This document shows, piece by piece, positions 35,699-49,303 of a stretch of 64,000 nt of DNA. This DNA is from Schizochytrium sp. TIO01 (lineage: Eukaryota; Protista; Bigyra: Labyrinthulomycetes). Under the pieces are notes generated by a model, which worked only from the letters and a program-made list of their open reading frames with translations, had not been told where the DNA came from and searched no databases. The stretch spans positions 1,798,001 through 1,862,000 of the forward strand of contig SMSO01000004.1 of NCBI GenBank assembly GCA_004764695.1, written 5' to 3'. Made by a program: the position numbers and the translations under genes. Each line of letters starts with the position of its first letter. Position 1 is the first letter of the stretch.

Positions 35699-37697
35699 TA
35701 TTTAATTAATATTTAATTAATAATCATCTTGAAAAAAAGAAAAGAAAAGAAAAAAGCATTTTACACGATATATATATATAATTTTTTTAAAAGAAGGATG
35801 CTTTATTTATTTATTTTAATAAAAAGTAATTTGATTAAAAAGAGAAAGTCTAAGCTCCTATGTAGTAGGGATTCTCCTCTCTTCCGCTCGAAGTGAATGC
35901 AAGCGCAGTAAATATTCAAGTGTTGCAGCGAAAGCAAGCAAAAGCGAGCAAATAAAACATGGCGGTCCACACGCGTGCTTTATTGGACTCATTACTCGAG
36001 GTGGGGAGGTGGGTATTCTTTCACAGCAATGAGGTCTATACTTACTACCTAGCAGGTATGTATGTAATGTAATTCGAAGCACAAGAATTCAAGATCTGTC
36101 CTAAATTCCGAAACTCGTTAACGGTGCCTGCAGCTTTCTTGAGACGGCGGCAAAGAACTCGACGGGGTCCCTGGGGAGGCAGTCACCTTGTCGCTTGCTT
36201 GCCTGCTTGCCTGCCTGCACCCGGTCTCCAAACGCACTCGAGGCGTCTCTTTGGCTTTCAATACACCAATCAACCAATTGTACAATCAATTGTACAATCA
36301 ATCAATCAATCAAGCTCGCGCCTTGCCCTCGATGCGAGCAACCCCCGGGTCATGCTATCAAGGCACAGTGAGATCCTTCCTTTCCCGCGGGTTTTCAAAA
36401 GTCTGCTCGCTTGAACTAAGAGAGAGTCAATCAAATGCACGCACGCACAGCTCGAGCGAGCATGCCGGTGGACTGCCCCGTTTTGGAGCGATTCGACCTG
36501 TCGAAAGGACGTAAATGCTCGCTCGCTCGCTCGTTTCGTGGAGTTGCACATGAATGATGTTGCAGTAAGTAGCTGAGCTGCGTCCTCTCTCGTGCCGGAT
36601 TTTCAGCAGGAGGATGGATGAGAACTGCGAGGAAGAACTTGTCAGGCAAGTCCAAGATGCCAGGACTGGGAGTGCACCACTTGAAGCGAGCCACTCCACG
36701 TCACTCACCTCAAGCGAGGGATAGCATTATCTACGTCTTGCGGAAGCAGCGCACTGGTGCTACGGTTGAACCGACTGTGGCGGTCATCGCGGTCGTCGTC
36801 ATCTTCAGGGGCGCGGTAGAAGAAGTAGTATCAGTGCTAGGCTGCAATTTAGAGCTGTCAGCAAAGATGTTCTCAAAGATTGACGTTTCTGGCTAAAATG
36901 TGGGTCAAAATGACGAGAAAGCACAGCGGGCGTCCGGCATCTTCACAATCGATCGGAGCCCCGGGCGCGGACTCAGCAACAGAGTCCACCTCGATCGAGC
37001 TATGGCAGCCGAGCTGTTCTCCGTGGAGCTCTGCTGGAACGAACAGATTCCTGCGGCCCAGCACAACGAGATGCGCTGCGAATGTGCATATGATAGTTCT
37101 GCTTGACCTGAACTTGAACTTGAAGACCTTGAAGCACTCGCTTGTTATTCTCTAGAGCACGCGCCGAGCGCTTCGAAAGACCTCCGAGTCGATCTCACCT
37201 CTGAAGATGGCGAGCGAACTGGCTGATCGAAAGGAGGACAGCGAGCTCAGGTGTCCCATAAAACCCGCGCCGCCCTCCCTCGACGGCCAACTGCGGCTCC
37301 GTGCGTGAGCTAGCTGCTCGGCCTTCGGTCCCGGGCCTTCGCAGTCCTCGCGCGCCAAGTTCGCTCTTCGTTTTGGGCGCTCAAGATCTTCATCTCCACC
37401 GGCATTGTGGGGGAAGAACCCTAAGAAATCAGTCCCTGTGAAGCAATCGCGTTCTGTCCTGTCTGTCCATCCTCCAATGCATCGACCTGCTCGACACTTG
37501 AAGAGGCTCGATCTATCTCCCGTTCGACCATGCGAGCATGTGTCCATCCGTCCACTCCCGTTCACCCTCACCGTCGATCGGAAGACTGCCACCATTGCTG
37601 CCGCCTGCAGCGCCGCAGCCGATGCCACGTTCCTCATCCAGATCGAGATCGAGCCCAGCAATCGCTTCAATGATGTGAAAGCGAACTGTGTGTGTGC

Positions 37698-38030
37698 GTT
37701 TGTTTGTTTGTTTGTTTGTTTGTTTGTTTGTTTGTTTGTTTGTTTGTTTGTTTGTGTATGTGTGTGTGTTGTGTTTCAAACTTCTCTTCTCGCGTTGCCT
37801 CTTCCAACCACATCCAACATTGGTCTGTCTGTCTCTCTTTGATTGATTGATTTGATTTCAAATCGATCGATTAATTTCAAATTCAAATTGATTGATTGAT
37901 TTCAAATCGATCGATTGATTTCGAATAGATTGATTGATTTTCAAAAACTGACTGATTGATTTTTTAAAAATTGGTCGATTTCAAATCGATCGATTGATTC
38001 TAAATTCATTGGTCGACTCATCGATTGATC
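37698..38030. repeat. (GTTT)n tract followed by a degenerate ~21-bp palindromic repeat
   Basis: GTTT run at ~37698-37753; gatttcaaatcgatcgatt recurs three times, with variants, in 37839-38030. Confidence 0.8.
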
Positions 38031-39689
38031 GTCTCCGCCTTCGACCCTCCCTCCAATCATTGATATCTGCGCCGTTCTCTGCTGCCTTCCCCAAACTGCA
38101 ATCGTGATAGCTTTTCCAGCTTTGCTTGTGAGAGTGAGCAAGCAATCCTGTGAGTGAGCGAGTGCGCGGCCCAACCGCCGCACCCATCAGCAGAAGTCCG
38201 AGCCAAGCTTCGAAGGGATGAATGAATGCCGGGCTGAGTCCAGACCGATTGGTCCACGGGCCCGACTTGAGCGGCCCGGCGAGGATATTCTGCCAAGCCA
38301 TCATCATCATCGTCCCATCATTCGTCACCATTGCCACCATTCATCACAGGTCGGTCATCCATCCATGCCTCCATGAATCATCATCATCACAGGAATCGCG
38401 GTGAAGCGAGAGCTTAGGTGCTCAAGTCTGACTTGGCTTGCGTGGAGACGGAGTGCTCCGCCGCGTTCACGCAGAGCTTGAAGGGCCTCGTTGTTGCAAA
38501 CACGCTCAGGCTCTCGGACGCTGTAATTTGAAGAGGGGTGGAGAGCGCGACGGAGGCACTGATCGCAGGGCACTCACTCCCAGCACAAACACAGGCGGCG
38601 GCGGCGAGCCCAGCGAGGCCAGCGAGCTATAGCTTCCTCGCTTGCTTCCTGTTGATCTATCTGCCCGTCACGAAATTATCCAACGCGAGAGGCCGCGTCT
38701 CCAGGCGAGGTAACAACTATGTCTGCCTGCATTTCTCCACGCCCGGGCCTGGGAAAAGCTTGGGGGCAGCGCTGTCGATGACGGGCTACAGAAGCAATCT
38801 CGCGCGGAACATGGCGGACGACCTCGATCTTGGGATGCTTGAACCTCGATTTCGACCTCGATCTTGAAATCGTGCATGGGTTCCAAATCAATCAATCCAT
38901 CCATCCATCAATCAATCAATCATTCGCTCGTTACTCTAGCTAGAGAAGCGCTTCCGCTACATGCAGCGGCTCAAGCCTGAGCAAGGAAAGAAGTTGCGGG
39001 GCTCGCTTCCTGAAAGAGCGTCACACGCGCCGCAGGTTGGGCAGTCGTAGACAACACAGCAGCGTCTGCTTCCTTGAAAGTCTCCAACTCTGCAAGGATC
39101 CTCAGTTCTCAGTTTGTGTTTAGTTTATAGTTGATTCGAAAGAGACATTAGCTTAGAAACAAGAGAACCAAGTCAGCCATGGCTACTACGTTAGCTGCGT
39201 TAGCTGCGTCAGCTATGGGGGAGGGAGGTACTTACTACTCTGGAGGTGGGTTGGTTGACAGAGGGTATTTCATGTCATGCCCAGGAGTCTGTAATGCTGT
39301 AATGAGCGAGAACAGGTAGGTAGGTAGGTATATTATACCTGGGAATTAGTAATACAACACAATTGGGGTTGAGAAGAGCACCGCCAGCTTTGTTGAAACT
39401 TTGTTGTTGAAACTTTGTTGAAAAGTGCGCTAAGTGACGGAGTTGCACAATCGCAAGATGGATGCAAGGTGGCTAGTCTTATCCTCTTGAAGAGTTCTGG
39501 CTTTGGGGTCTCTCATCGCGGTTTTGATGCGTAGGAAGTTCATGTTATGCGTGATCAATGACTTCAGAAGAGAGTGCAAGGCCATTGTATGACTTGTAGA
39601 GGTAAGAAATATTGTATTTTAATGTAATATTGTTTTTAAAACATTGAAAATTATAAATTATAACAAAGAGATAAGTTTTTTTGTATTTT

Positions 39690-40054
<365 letters not shown>

Positions 40055-43000
40055 CAAATAAACCATGAACTGTGATAGATATAATAAAATTGATTACGCG
40101 ACTTTTGATATTTAAAAGTAACAACCTTTAATTATAAACTAAGCAAACATAAATGTTATAAATAAATATATTACAATATTTAGATTAAAACGAGAGAAAT
40201 AAGAGTTTCGTTGTAAGGGAGTCAGTCATTTAAAATCTAATATTTAACCTGACCTTACGTTATAAGATATTTACAAATGTTTTAAAACATGAATGAAAGA
40301 TGTACAAATAAACTCATTTGGTATTTTAAAATATATATTCAAAATACAGTTTTTTCATCATCATCATATGATATTTATCAAGCTAAATGTTTTTAGTAAT
40401 AATAGTTATTTCATGAAAGCCTTCTCTACCATTTCAGACCTCCACATTGTGGGGTTGAAGCCTCTTCAAAAGGTGAGGAATGCTGATTTCTTGCGCTTGT
40501 ACGCGGGTTTGTTCTGGCATCCAAGTCACCACTTGGCCGCGCATGGCTCACGTTCTCAATTTTAGCGAAACAGGCAGGCCCCGGGTGAGGCAGAGCTGGA
40601 CCGGGGCCTGAGTTGATGAGTAGTAGCATGTGTATCGGAACAAACTGGTTGAAGATCGATCCAAAAATAAAATACGTGCCACTGATTGAAAGGAAGGCAG
40701 GAAAGCGCGGCCATCGTTTATGAACAAAACGCGCCAATATCTTTCTTCTTCTCAAAAAGGCCAACGATCAGAAGTTCCTGTGGCCGCTGCACCTGAGGCG
40801 GCTCGAGAGTTATCGGCCCCATCCCAGCCACGACACAGTTTGAGTGACTAGTTTGAGTGACCTTTCTGCGTCAAGCCGCCAATATAACCAACCCACTACT
40901 GCGCCGCAGCTTTGTTTTCAGAGTGAAGACAATCGTTCACTTCTCAATTAACGCCTGCGAGAGGTGCTTTCTCGATCGCTCAATCGCTCAATCGCTCTGC
41001 GTTCGCTGCCAAGGCCACCATCCAAAGGCACTGATGCCACCAGCACCTTGAACGCTATAGTTACGGATTTGACCAATCAGCCAGTTCAGACCAAGACGAA
41101 CTTGGAGCGAGGCATGAAGATGAAGACAGCAGCAGACCAACCAACCAAAGAAACAAACAAAGAAACAAACACCTCCAAATCTCCGCATCCGTTTGGTACA
41201 ACTTTTCGGGGCAGAATGCGAACTTCGGATGGCAAGGTTAGCCAGCATCAATCAGGCTGATCAGCACGGCACCCATCCACGTTGTTGGAATCGCCAGCGG
41301 GCGAAACCTGAGACCCCGCCCTGCGCGTAGTACTGCTGGCTCCGAGCCTGCGGTAGCGAGTTCCCTTCCACGACTCTGTACGGTTCTGCGCCTCCTTCCG
41401 GTGTGGATGGAAGCCGCTCAGCGAGCCTGGTGCTAGCCTCTCGTAGGCGCTCTCTATCGATGCCAGGAATCACAAGAGTTCGAGGAGATCAAAGCAAAGC
41501 AAAGCTGCTGCTGGTGCTTGGAAGATGAAGAAGAGACGCGGGAAAGCAGCCACGATGCAAGCGCACTCCCGAACCGAAGAACCTGAAGAATTGATCCATT
41601 CATTCATTCATTCATTCATTCACTGCCCGAAATCAACGAAGCATGTCTGACAGAGATCATGGCTGGCTGGCTGGCTGGCTGGTTGGCTGGCTGTGCTGAG
41701 CATCCGTCCAGACACGGAAGAGCGAATGACTTGTCTTTGCTGGTACCCTCGTCAGCCTTTGACTAGCTAGCTGAGCACCTAGCTAGGTACCACCTGCAGC
41801 TATAGAAGCACGAGTTGGAGTTCCTGTACAGAATTCTGCTTCAGAATCCCAGAGTGGTCGTGAAATTCGCCCTCCACGGCGGCGGCAAGCGAGCAATAAC
41901 GTCGAACAAGTAGCGCAACGGGTTGTTGGCTTGTAAGCGTAAAGACGGGGCAAAGCATCTGAATGAATTTTAATTGAGCATGATCTCGGCTGCCTGCCCC
42001 GGTCGCGGAGATGGCCAGCATCTTGAAGGTGGGATCGAAGGAGCAAATCTGCAGTCCCGCTATGCCAGTGCTGCGAGTGAGCGCCAGAAGGTTTGGACCA
42101 TGCCGGTGATGGGCTTAGGTACGCATTCCAGATGCCCGCCGAGTGTCCGCTCCCTTCAGCTGGCCAGCCAGGCAGGAGCATGCGAACGTCATAGTCGAAG
42201 CTGCAGCAATTCAAACCTCTAGCTTTCCGGGATCTCCGCAGAGGCCGAGATCCTCGAAGATCTGGCCAAGTGGCGGCGCTTCCGTGCTCCACTCCAGGTC
42301 AGGTCGCATGAAGGAGTGAATGCTCAAGCCTCTAACACCGTCGTCGTTGTCGTCGTCGCTTGGAGAGGAAGTAGGGAAACGCGGTGTCGCACGCCAAGCT
42401 GAGGGTTCAGGAATTATCGGCTGTTTGGCTTCGTAAAGAACCGCCCCAGAAGGGCAAATCGTCGCTGATCCAATTTGATTCTTCAACGAGCCGACGGAGG
42501 AATGAATGAATACGCGCAAGACGCACTGTAGATCCCAGCCCACTTCTCAGAGCTTGGATTTGCGGCAGCTACTGACGTAGTTCGCGTTAGCCACGGGCGG
42601 CGTGAGGAGGAATCGTACGCATGGGCGCCGCTTCGAACCCTCGAAATCTCTCTGCTTGCATTTTCAAATTTCAAAACCCCGGCTGGAATTTCGAAGATGC
42701 TCAGGATCCATCCCCAAAAGCCCGGCAGCGAGCGATTTCTTTCGAGCGAGAGAGCACACGCCACAGCAGCAGGCCCAAGCGGCTCTCCAGAAACCTGCAG
42801 ATCGTCCTCTGGTCTGCCGTGTTCTTCAGTGCGTGAGCGAGCGAGTGCTGCGCGAGCGCGAGATCTCAAGAAGCAGCACATTCCACAGACCCATTGATGG
42901 AGAATTAATTGACCGCAGATCATGCATGCATGAGCCGAAGAGAAGACTAACCACAGCAGGCCTAGTGGCACCCTATGCATAAACCTAGGGGTAGAGGTGC

Positions 43001-44874
43001 CACGTGCCACATGAGGGAGTGAGCCGCCAGGACCTCCTTAATTAAGCTCCTCTTACGTAGTGAGTAAGAAAGAAAGTAAGTAAGTAAGTATCGTATCCTT
43101 CAGGCCTTTTATTAAGCCGTGACAATGGTCATTCATAAATGCTACCTACTTCCTTATGTAAGTAGCCATGCCTCCCAGTAAACAATATTACCTTTGGGTT
43201 AGTGTTCTGCGTAGTAAGTGGATAAATTCGATGATTCTTATTAGTTTTCGAAAAGAAAAGAAAAGGAAAGACAAGATATTTGACTGAGATTATATCGAAA
43301 TAGCGATCGATGTTTGTGTACCTTGAATTTCAAGACAATATTATCATGGGGGTCTCGCATTTGCAGCGGCAGACCAAGAGGCATTCCGATAAGTCAGTGG
43401 AGTGTTTGGAGCTGATTTTCTCGCGCTCGCCTGGAATGTGGCTCAAAGTCCGCACTGCTCCTGCTGCGCGTCTGCTTTTGCTTGCTCTCAGGCGTTGCAG
43501 CTTAGCATTTCAGCAGATCGAATGACACGAGGATCACGATGGCTTCTGCTTCGTGATGACAAGAGACTGGAGACCATCCCATGTTGTCCTCCTAGCTATC
43601 GAAAAATAAAATATGAGACTCCAACCCTAACAGTTTGAATCCTCTCTCCAAAGGAGGGAGAGATGTAAAACTTTTTCTTTTCTTTCGATGGAATAAAATA
43701 CTGCTTTCATATTAAAGTACAACGATCGATTTTTATGACTCGTGGTTAATTCACCCATACAAAAAAATATATAATATAGAGAGTTCTTAATGTCTGAGGA
43801 TTCGAGCATTGAGGGCCTTTATTGATTTGCTGACATGCAGCGGAAAGGAGCAAAAGAGGCGCTCCTACGAAGAAGCATATTTGAAAACCACAAATCTTTT
43901 GATCAAAAAAATGCCTTTAAACTAAGAAACATACCTTTATTTTTTTAAAATAAAAAATAATATATGTATATGTTTGATCATTTTCTAAATTAAAAATATA
44001 CAGAAAAAAATAACATAGGTAGTACCATTTTAAAAATCAAAACGTGAATTACAAAATGGAGTGAAAAGTCACTTTAACTTGACTGACTCCCTCCCCCCTC
44101 TTTCTCGTTTTCTTCAATTTTATCATGCTGAGGGATCCTCGCTGAGGTTTCTGATGCATGATGCATGTTGAGCTAGCTAGCTAGCTAGCTATAGCCTCCT
44201 TGACGGTGCCGCTGAGGAGGAGGAGGACGATAGATTGCTCCAGGTTTGTTTGGCAAAGGGCCTTTCCAATGGAGGTCCGGTCCATCGAGAGTGCCACTGA
44301 CCCTGTCTCCCTCACTTACCCACTCGAATGCCTCCTTGTGGCTTGCCCGCTTGCTGCTCTTTTCAACTCGATCTCTCGAGTGTTTGCTATATATAGCGGT
44401 TGTTGGAAACGTCAATGTATTTTAATACCATCATTGTTTTTAATGAATTTTTGCTGTTTTTAAAATGAAAAGTTCTCTGCAGGTGTTTGAAGTTGTCGTT
44501 CAATTTCGATTTTCTATTTTCCTTAAATGAAAATAAATAAACAAATAAACAAATAAACAAATAGTTTATTATTTATTATTCATTTGTTGTTTTGAAATCA
44601 CCTTTGAAGAAGAATGTTTTACTGCCCCTGTTTTCCAAATTTTCAAATCTGCGATACCAAAAAGAGCTATATTCCCAGATTTGTCTTCTAAAAGAACGGC
44701 GCTTTTCAGATAAATTTCTTCTTCTTCGCTCGTCCTTCGGCGCGACTGAAAACTCCAATCGCAGCCAAGTCGGGCGCACAGGCCGAACTTGGAGGGATGG
44801 CGGAGGCACTCCCTACACCTCCTACGCTGCCAAAAGCATGAATGGGCGTACGAGCGAACGAATTCTCACAGGGC

Positions 44875-44884
44875 TGTCTATCTG

Positions 44885-44927
<43 letters not shown>

Positions 44928-45343
44928 GTCTATCTGTCTGTCTATCTATCTATATCTATCTATCTGTCGCACGGATGGACACTCCCACATCATTGAATAC
45001 TGCATTCGCCGCCTTCGTCTTCTGCTGTTTGCTCGAAGAGAATACTCGAGAAGAGAAGACTCTCGAGGAGAGAATGCTCTCGAAGAGAATACTCGAGAAG
45101 AGAAGGCTCTCGAGAAGAAGGAGGCCTTAAGAGGCCATGAATAAACGAGCGACGATGACCGTCTTCAAAAGAGAATATACGCTATATGCACCAGCGAAAC
45201 CAAATGTGAAAGGTGCCGTTTAAATGCAGAACTGAGAAGGACCAGGCGGCAGGCAGCGAGCAAGCAAGCAAGCAGGCAAGCAAGCAGGCAAGCAAGCAGG
45301 CAAGCAAGCAGGCAAGCAAGCAGGCAAGCAAGCAAGCAAGCAA
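44875..45343. repeat. Repeat cluster: (TCTA/TCTG)n, a CTCGA(G)-containing 13-17-bp minisatellite, and (CAAGCAAGCAGG)n
   Basis: TCTA at ~44875-44966; ctcgaagagaatactcgagaagagaag(a/g)ctctcga twice at ~45032-45125; a 12-bp unit at ~45259-45343. Confidence 0.85.
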
Positions 45344-45849
45344 AGTGCAGCGTGTCCACTTGCGTACTGGGTCGCCTCGAGATGGCTCAGCTGAAGAGCG
45401 AAGGCTTTGCAAGAGAGGCCGCTGCGAATTGAGATGGCTGTCGAAAATGGCGGCAAGGAACCTCGGGGGAACCGACACAGAACCCTGTGGCAGAGCGAAG
45501 GAAACCCGAAACAACTCGAAACTCATAGGTCCATCCGTCTTGAAGAAGAGGCGCGCGCGCGAGAGAGAGAGAGAGATCGTTGCGTGCGAAGTCGTGGATC
45601 GAGCCAAGCACACCCCGGGGGACGAGCATTTGCACTCGAGAAGAGGGCCGAGAACTCGAAGGGCCCAGGCGTAGACGGCGATGGATGGCGAGGATGTGTG
45701 AGAATGAATGACATCGCTACACGGAGTGTGAATGTGAGTGAGCGCTTTCCTTCCCATCTCTCAGCTCACACCTAAAACAAAGAAAACCCTATTGACTCTC
45801 TGCAAATAAATGGACTACCGAGTAGTAGGTACTTAACTACTATGCGGCA

Positions 45850-46455
45850 TGAAGGAATGAAGGAATGAAGGAATGAATGAATGAGTGAATGAATGAGTGT
45901 ATGAATAAGTTAATAAAAGAAGAGATGAAGAAATGAAGGAATGAATGTAAATGCAGGAATGGATAAGTAAATAAACGAAGGATGAAGAAATGAAGAAATG
46001 AATACACCAATGAAGGAATGAAGGAATGAAGGAATGAATATGAAGAAATGAATGAAGGAATGTCAATGAAGGAATGCAGGTATGAAGGAGTGAATTAATG
46101 AAGGAATGAATAAATGAAGGAAGGAAGGAATGAATATGAAGAAATGAATGAAGGAATGTCAATGAAGGAATGCAGGTATGAAGGAGTGAATTAATGAAGG
46201 AATGAATAAATGAAGGAAGGAAGGAATGAATATGAAGAAATGAATGAAGGAATGTCAATGAAGGAATGTCAATGAAGGAATGCAGCTATGAAGGAGTGAA
46301 TTAATGAAGGAATGAATAAATGAAGGAAGGAAGGAATGAATATGAAGAAATGAATGAAGGAATGTCAATGAAGGAATGCAGCTATGAAGGAGTGAATTAA
46401 TGAAGGAATGAATAAATGAAGGAAGGAAGGAAGGAAGGAAGGAAGGAAGGAAGGA
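45850..46455. repeat. Purine-rich minisatellite with a 96-bp higher-order unit, ~4 copies, built from GAAT/GAAG tetramers
   Basis: The unit start tgaatatgaagaaatgaatgaaggaatgtcaatgaaggaatgcag occurs at 46035, 46131, 46227 and 46337. The last interval is 110 bp because of a 14-bp internal duplication. Confidence 0.9.
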
Positions 46456-47272
46456 GCCTTTACGGACCACCGCGGCAAAGCCGACACACCATTGAGGACG
46501 CCAAAACCAGCCATAAGGGTCGCATGGCATTCCTGCACGTCCAATTTCTGCAAAAGAGCAGGTACCTACTCACGATGGCGGCGGCAGGCTAAATGGACAT
46601 CAGACAAAAACAAAATTCCGCAAGCAACTTAAACGTCTCAAGAACTCGACCCCCGGACCACCATCGAGCAAATGACGAGGGGTGTGCACTGGGAACACAG
46701 GGAACTTCTTGAAAGAAGTGTTGGCGGAGGGTAATATCGGCACCTTCATGGGGGGAGGTGCGAACTGTTTCGGGACCGGACGCATTTTCAGGCTGGTGAA
46801 GCTCTTCGAAAAGAAGACATGATAAATTACCGCTTGAGCGCTCGCGTCTGAGACAATACCTGCTGGTGATAGATCTATGCAGCAAGGGCCCAAGCTCATA
46901 ATCTCGGGTAGCACCAGCGGACGAGAACAACATTTATTTGTCCGTCTGGGAAGACTTGAAAACAACACTGATCTTTAGGCTGACAAAGGTGACCCGCAAC
47001 AAGTCCCAAGATCGCCATTTCGAGCTTGCTGACATACATAAGTTGTCACTTGCACACATCAGGGGTCTAGCGACACAGTTGGCCGATAGTTCAGCACAGA
47101 GAGCGAGGCAGATACCAAAGACCACAAGTGCAATTGAAGAACGTGCGCCAAACGATCAGGTTGACGAGGATCCAGCAAGCAAAGTTACGATCTTATCTGT
47201 ACATTGACCTTGTTATCGCAAGAAGATCCTGGCTGCTTTTGAGTACAGAGACATAGAGGATAGCCAGCAGAT

Positions 47273-48274
47273 ATGGGTCGTCAAGTACATTGGGCTCCAA
47301 CCAAAGCATTCTTTTTAACGTATGAAATCGAGCGTCAAAAGGTGAAAGACAAATATGGCAAAACCTCGTGGAACTACAAACTTCTGAAGTTCATTCACTC
47401 ACACGGTGTGCAAGCGGTCTTAGCTGCGCTTCTTGCCCTCGATGTTCTCGTTCTTATTGCCGAACTTATTATTACAGGTTACTACCCTTCCTGCTCCGTA
47501 ATCCTCGACTCCTGTCTTGCTCTTAACTCTTCTGCTGCAGAGGATTCAGCCACCACGACACACGCAACAAGCCTTGCAACTGAAGATACTGGACAGTGTG
47601 AAGCAGAATGTATAGAGCAACCTCATGGGGTGCACAGAGCGCATGAAGCATTGTTCTGGATGTCGATTTGTATCCTGATCATCTTCGAGCTCGAGTTGGC
47701 CGCGCTCTTTGCTGCTATCCGCCAACTCTTTTTTCGAAATGTTCTCTATGTTTTTGATTTCGTAGTAGTAACTGTTGCATTGGTCCTTGAGACAGTTTTA
47801 CGTGCAGAGCTGGCTCAAGAGGCAGGCGGACTCCTCATTTTTGTGCGTCTTTGGAGGCTCTTACGCGTGGGTCACGGTATCTTCACTGATGTCCATGAGA
47901 TTGACCACACCAAGCTGGAAAAGCTTCGTGATGAGCACAAGGAGTTGATCAAAGAGAATGACGAACTGAGAAAGCAGATTCTCGCACTTGGTGGTCAGCC
48001 TCCTACACCATTTTTGGCAGATCGATCATTAAGTGCGACCAACCTCCAACTTATTGGAAGAAACAAAAAACTTCAGCCCTCAACCCACGAAAATGATTTC
48101 TGTGATGATGCTCAGCGAAATAACTCTGACGACTTCGCAAGTGATGCTCAAGATGGTAGAGGAGGCGGCTTAGATTCCTCGGTACCCGCTGATGCAAATG
48201 CCGACTTCTCAGCAAATACTACCAATTCCCAAACACCTGTTCACGGTGCCTACGGAAGCCTCGCAAACACTTAA
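47273..48274 (+). CDS. HVCN1: Voltage-gated proton channel Hv1 (VSD-only)
   Basis: Four TM segments. S1 carries the selectivity Asp (LLALDVLVLIAEL), S2 has FELEL, S3 has FDFVVV and S4 has the RxWRxxR signature (VRLWRLLRVGHG). A C-terminal coiled coil follows (LEKLRDEHKELIKENDELRKQI). No pore domain. Confidence 0.9.
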   Translation: MGRQVHWAPTKAFFLTYEIERQKVKDKYGKTSWNYKLLKFIHSHGVQAVLAALLALDVLVLIAELIITGYYPSCSVILDSCLALNSSAAEDSATTTHATSLATEDTGQCEAECIEQPHGVHRAHEALFWMSICILIIFELELAALFAAIRQLFFRNVLYVFDFVVVTVALVLETVLRAELAQEAGGLLIFVRLWRLLRVGHGIFTDVHEIDHTKLEKLRDEHKELIKENDELRKQILALGGQPPTPFLADRSLSATNLQLIGRNKKLQPSTHENDFCDDAQRNNSDDFASDAQDGRGGGLDSSVPADANADFSANTTNSQTPVHGAYGSLANT

Positions 48275-48634
48275 GATCTCCTTACTTCACGAATTTGGAC
48301 TGCACAAGCCCACTAAAATCGTATTATCTCGGGAAATGTGTGTGTTCAAAGTTAAATCACCAGGACACTTTCAATCAACATCATATCAGTAGGTGTCACT
48401 CTCTTCTTACTTGTTTTTTTCAATCTGAAGACTTATGGGACAAGAAGCATCAGGGGCAAAATCCCACATTTTGTTAATTTATTAAAAACTTAACTTGAAG
48501 TAAGACAAGCGATTCAGCAATATGCAGAGTATGAGTAACGCATATTGAGACGCATGACGCTTGTAGATTCAATATAGATATCACGAACTCTTGCACCTCG
48601 ATAAGCTATTCTACTTGCCAAAGGTATACCGTCT

Positions 48635-49303
48635 TTATTTGTTCAGATTCAACACCCCAGTCATAGGAAGAATGTATGCAAGCCCCACAGCAACAAGGAC
48701 ACCTAAAACCCAACGCTTGATCAGACGACGACGCAGTGCAGCGGTGACCAGAATTGCTGGCACCCGGAATCGAGCCTTACCTTGCTTCGCATCTTCGAGT
48801 GTGTCGCAACGATGCGCTACCATCGTTAAAATGGCAAACATCTTGCCAAATTTGGATGGTCGAGTTGTCATGGTCATCTGCGTATTCAAGAATCCCAGCA
48901 AGCCCCTTTGTCTCCATATCTCCATCAAGAGTGTATCTACAAGCTCGCGAAATGCACCAGAACCACGGGCCTCTGGTCGCACGCCCATAAGCCAAACATT
49001 AACTACTACACGTTTCGAGCTTGCCATTCCCGGTACCACATTATTCACCCAGCAATCGTGCTCACCGAAATCCGTCTCATCTTCCTCCTCTATTTTCTCG
49101 TGTTTGTCACACCCAAGATCCTCTTCCACGCGTTCATGTGCAGCAAGGAACCCTTCCGGACTCGCCAGCGCCCAGCTCTGCCCCGGTCTCATGCGTTCTC
49201 TCCAGGCCTTCGCATCTACCTTGGACCCATTAAATACAGCTTCATAGGCATCTTCAAAGGCGTCTGAAGGGTTTTCTCCCCGGGTCTTTATCTCCATACT
49301 CAT
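48635..49303 (-). CDS. GNAT-like acetyltransferase-fold protein with C-terminal transmembrane anchor
   Basis: First ATG at 49303. Acetyl-CoA motif A-like VWLMGVRPEARGSGAFRELV. Basic stretch RRRLIKR followed by hydrophobic WVLGVLVAVGLAYILPMTGVL at the C-terminus. Confidence 0.6.
   Translation of the reverse strand: MSMEIKTRGENPSDAFEDAYEAVFNGSKVDAKAWRERMRPGQSWALASPEGFLAAHERVEEDLGCDKHEKIEEEDETDFGEHDCWVNNVVPGMASSKRVVVNVWLMGVRPEARGSGAFRELVDTLLMEIWRQRGLLGFLNTQMTMTTRPSKFGKMFAILTMVAHRCDTLEDAKQGKARFRVPAILVTAALRRRLIKRWVLGVLVAVGLAYILPMTGVLNLNK

Noticed and set aside
36618-37842. GC-rich blocks with overlapping 90-200-aa ORFs (also 32669-33413 and 41783-43010) as a decayed gene or transposon
   Set aside because: No RT, integrase, transposase, TnpB/Fanzor or viral motif recognised. 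ORFs occur on both strands as expected for GC-rich non-coding DNA. A profile search could overturn this.
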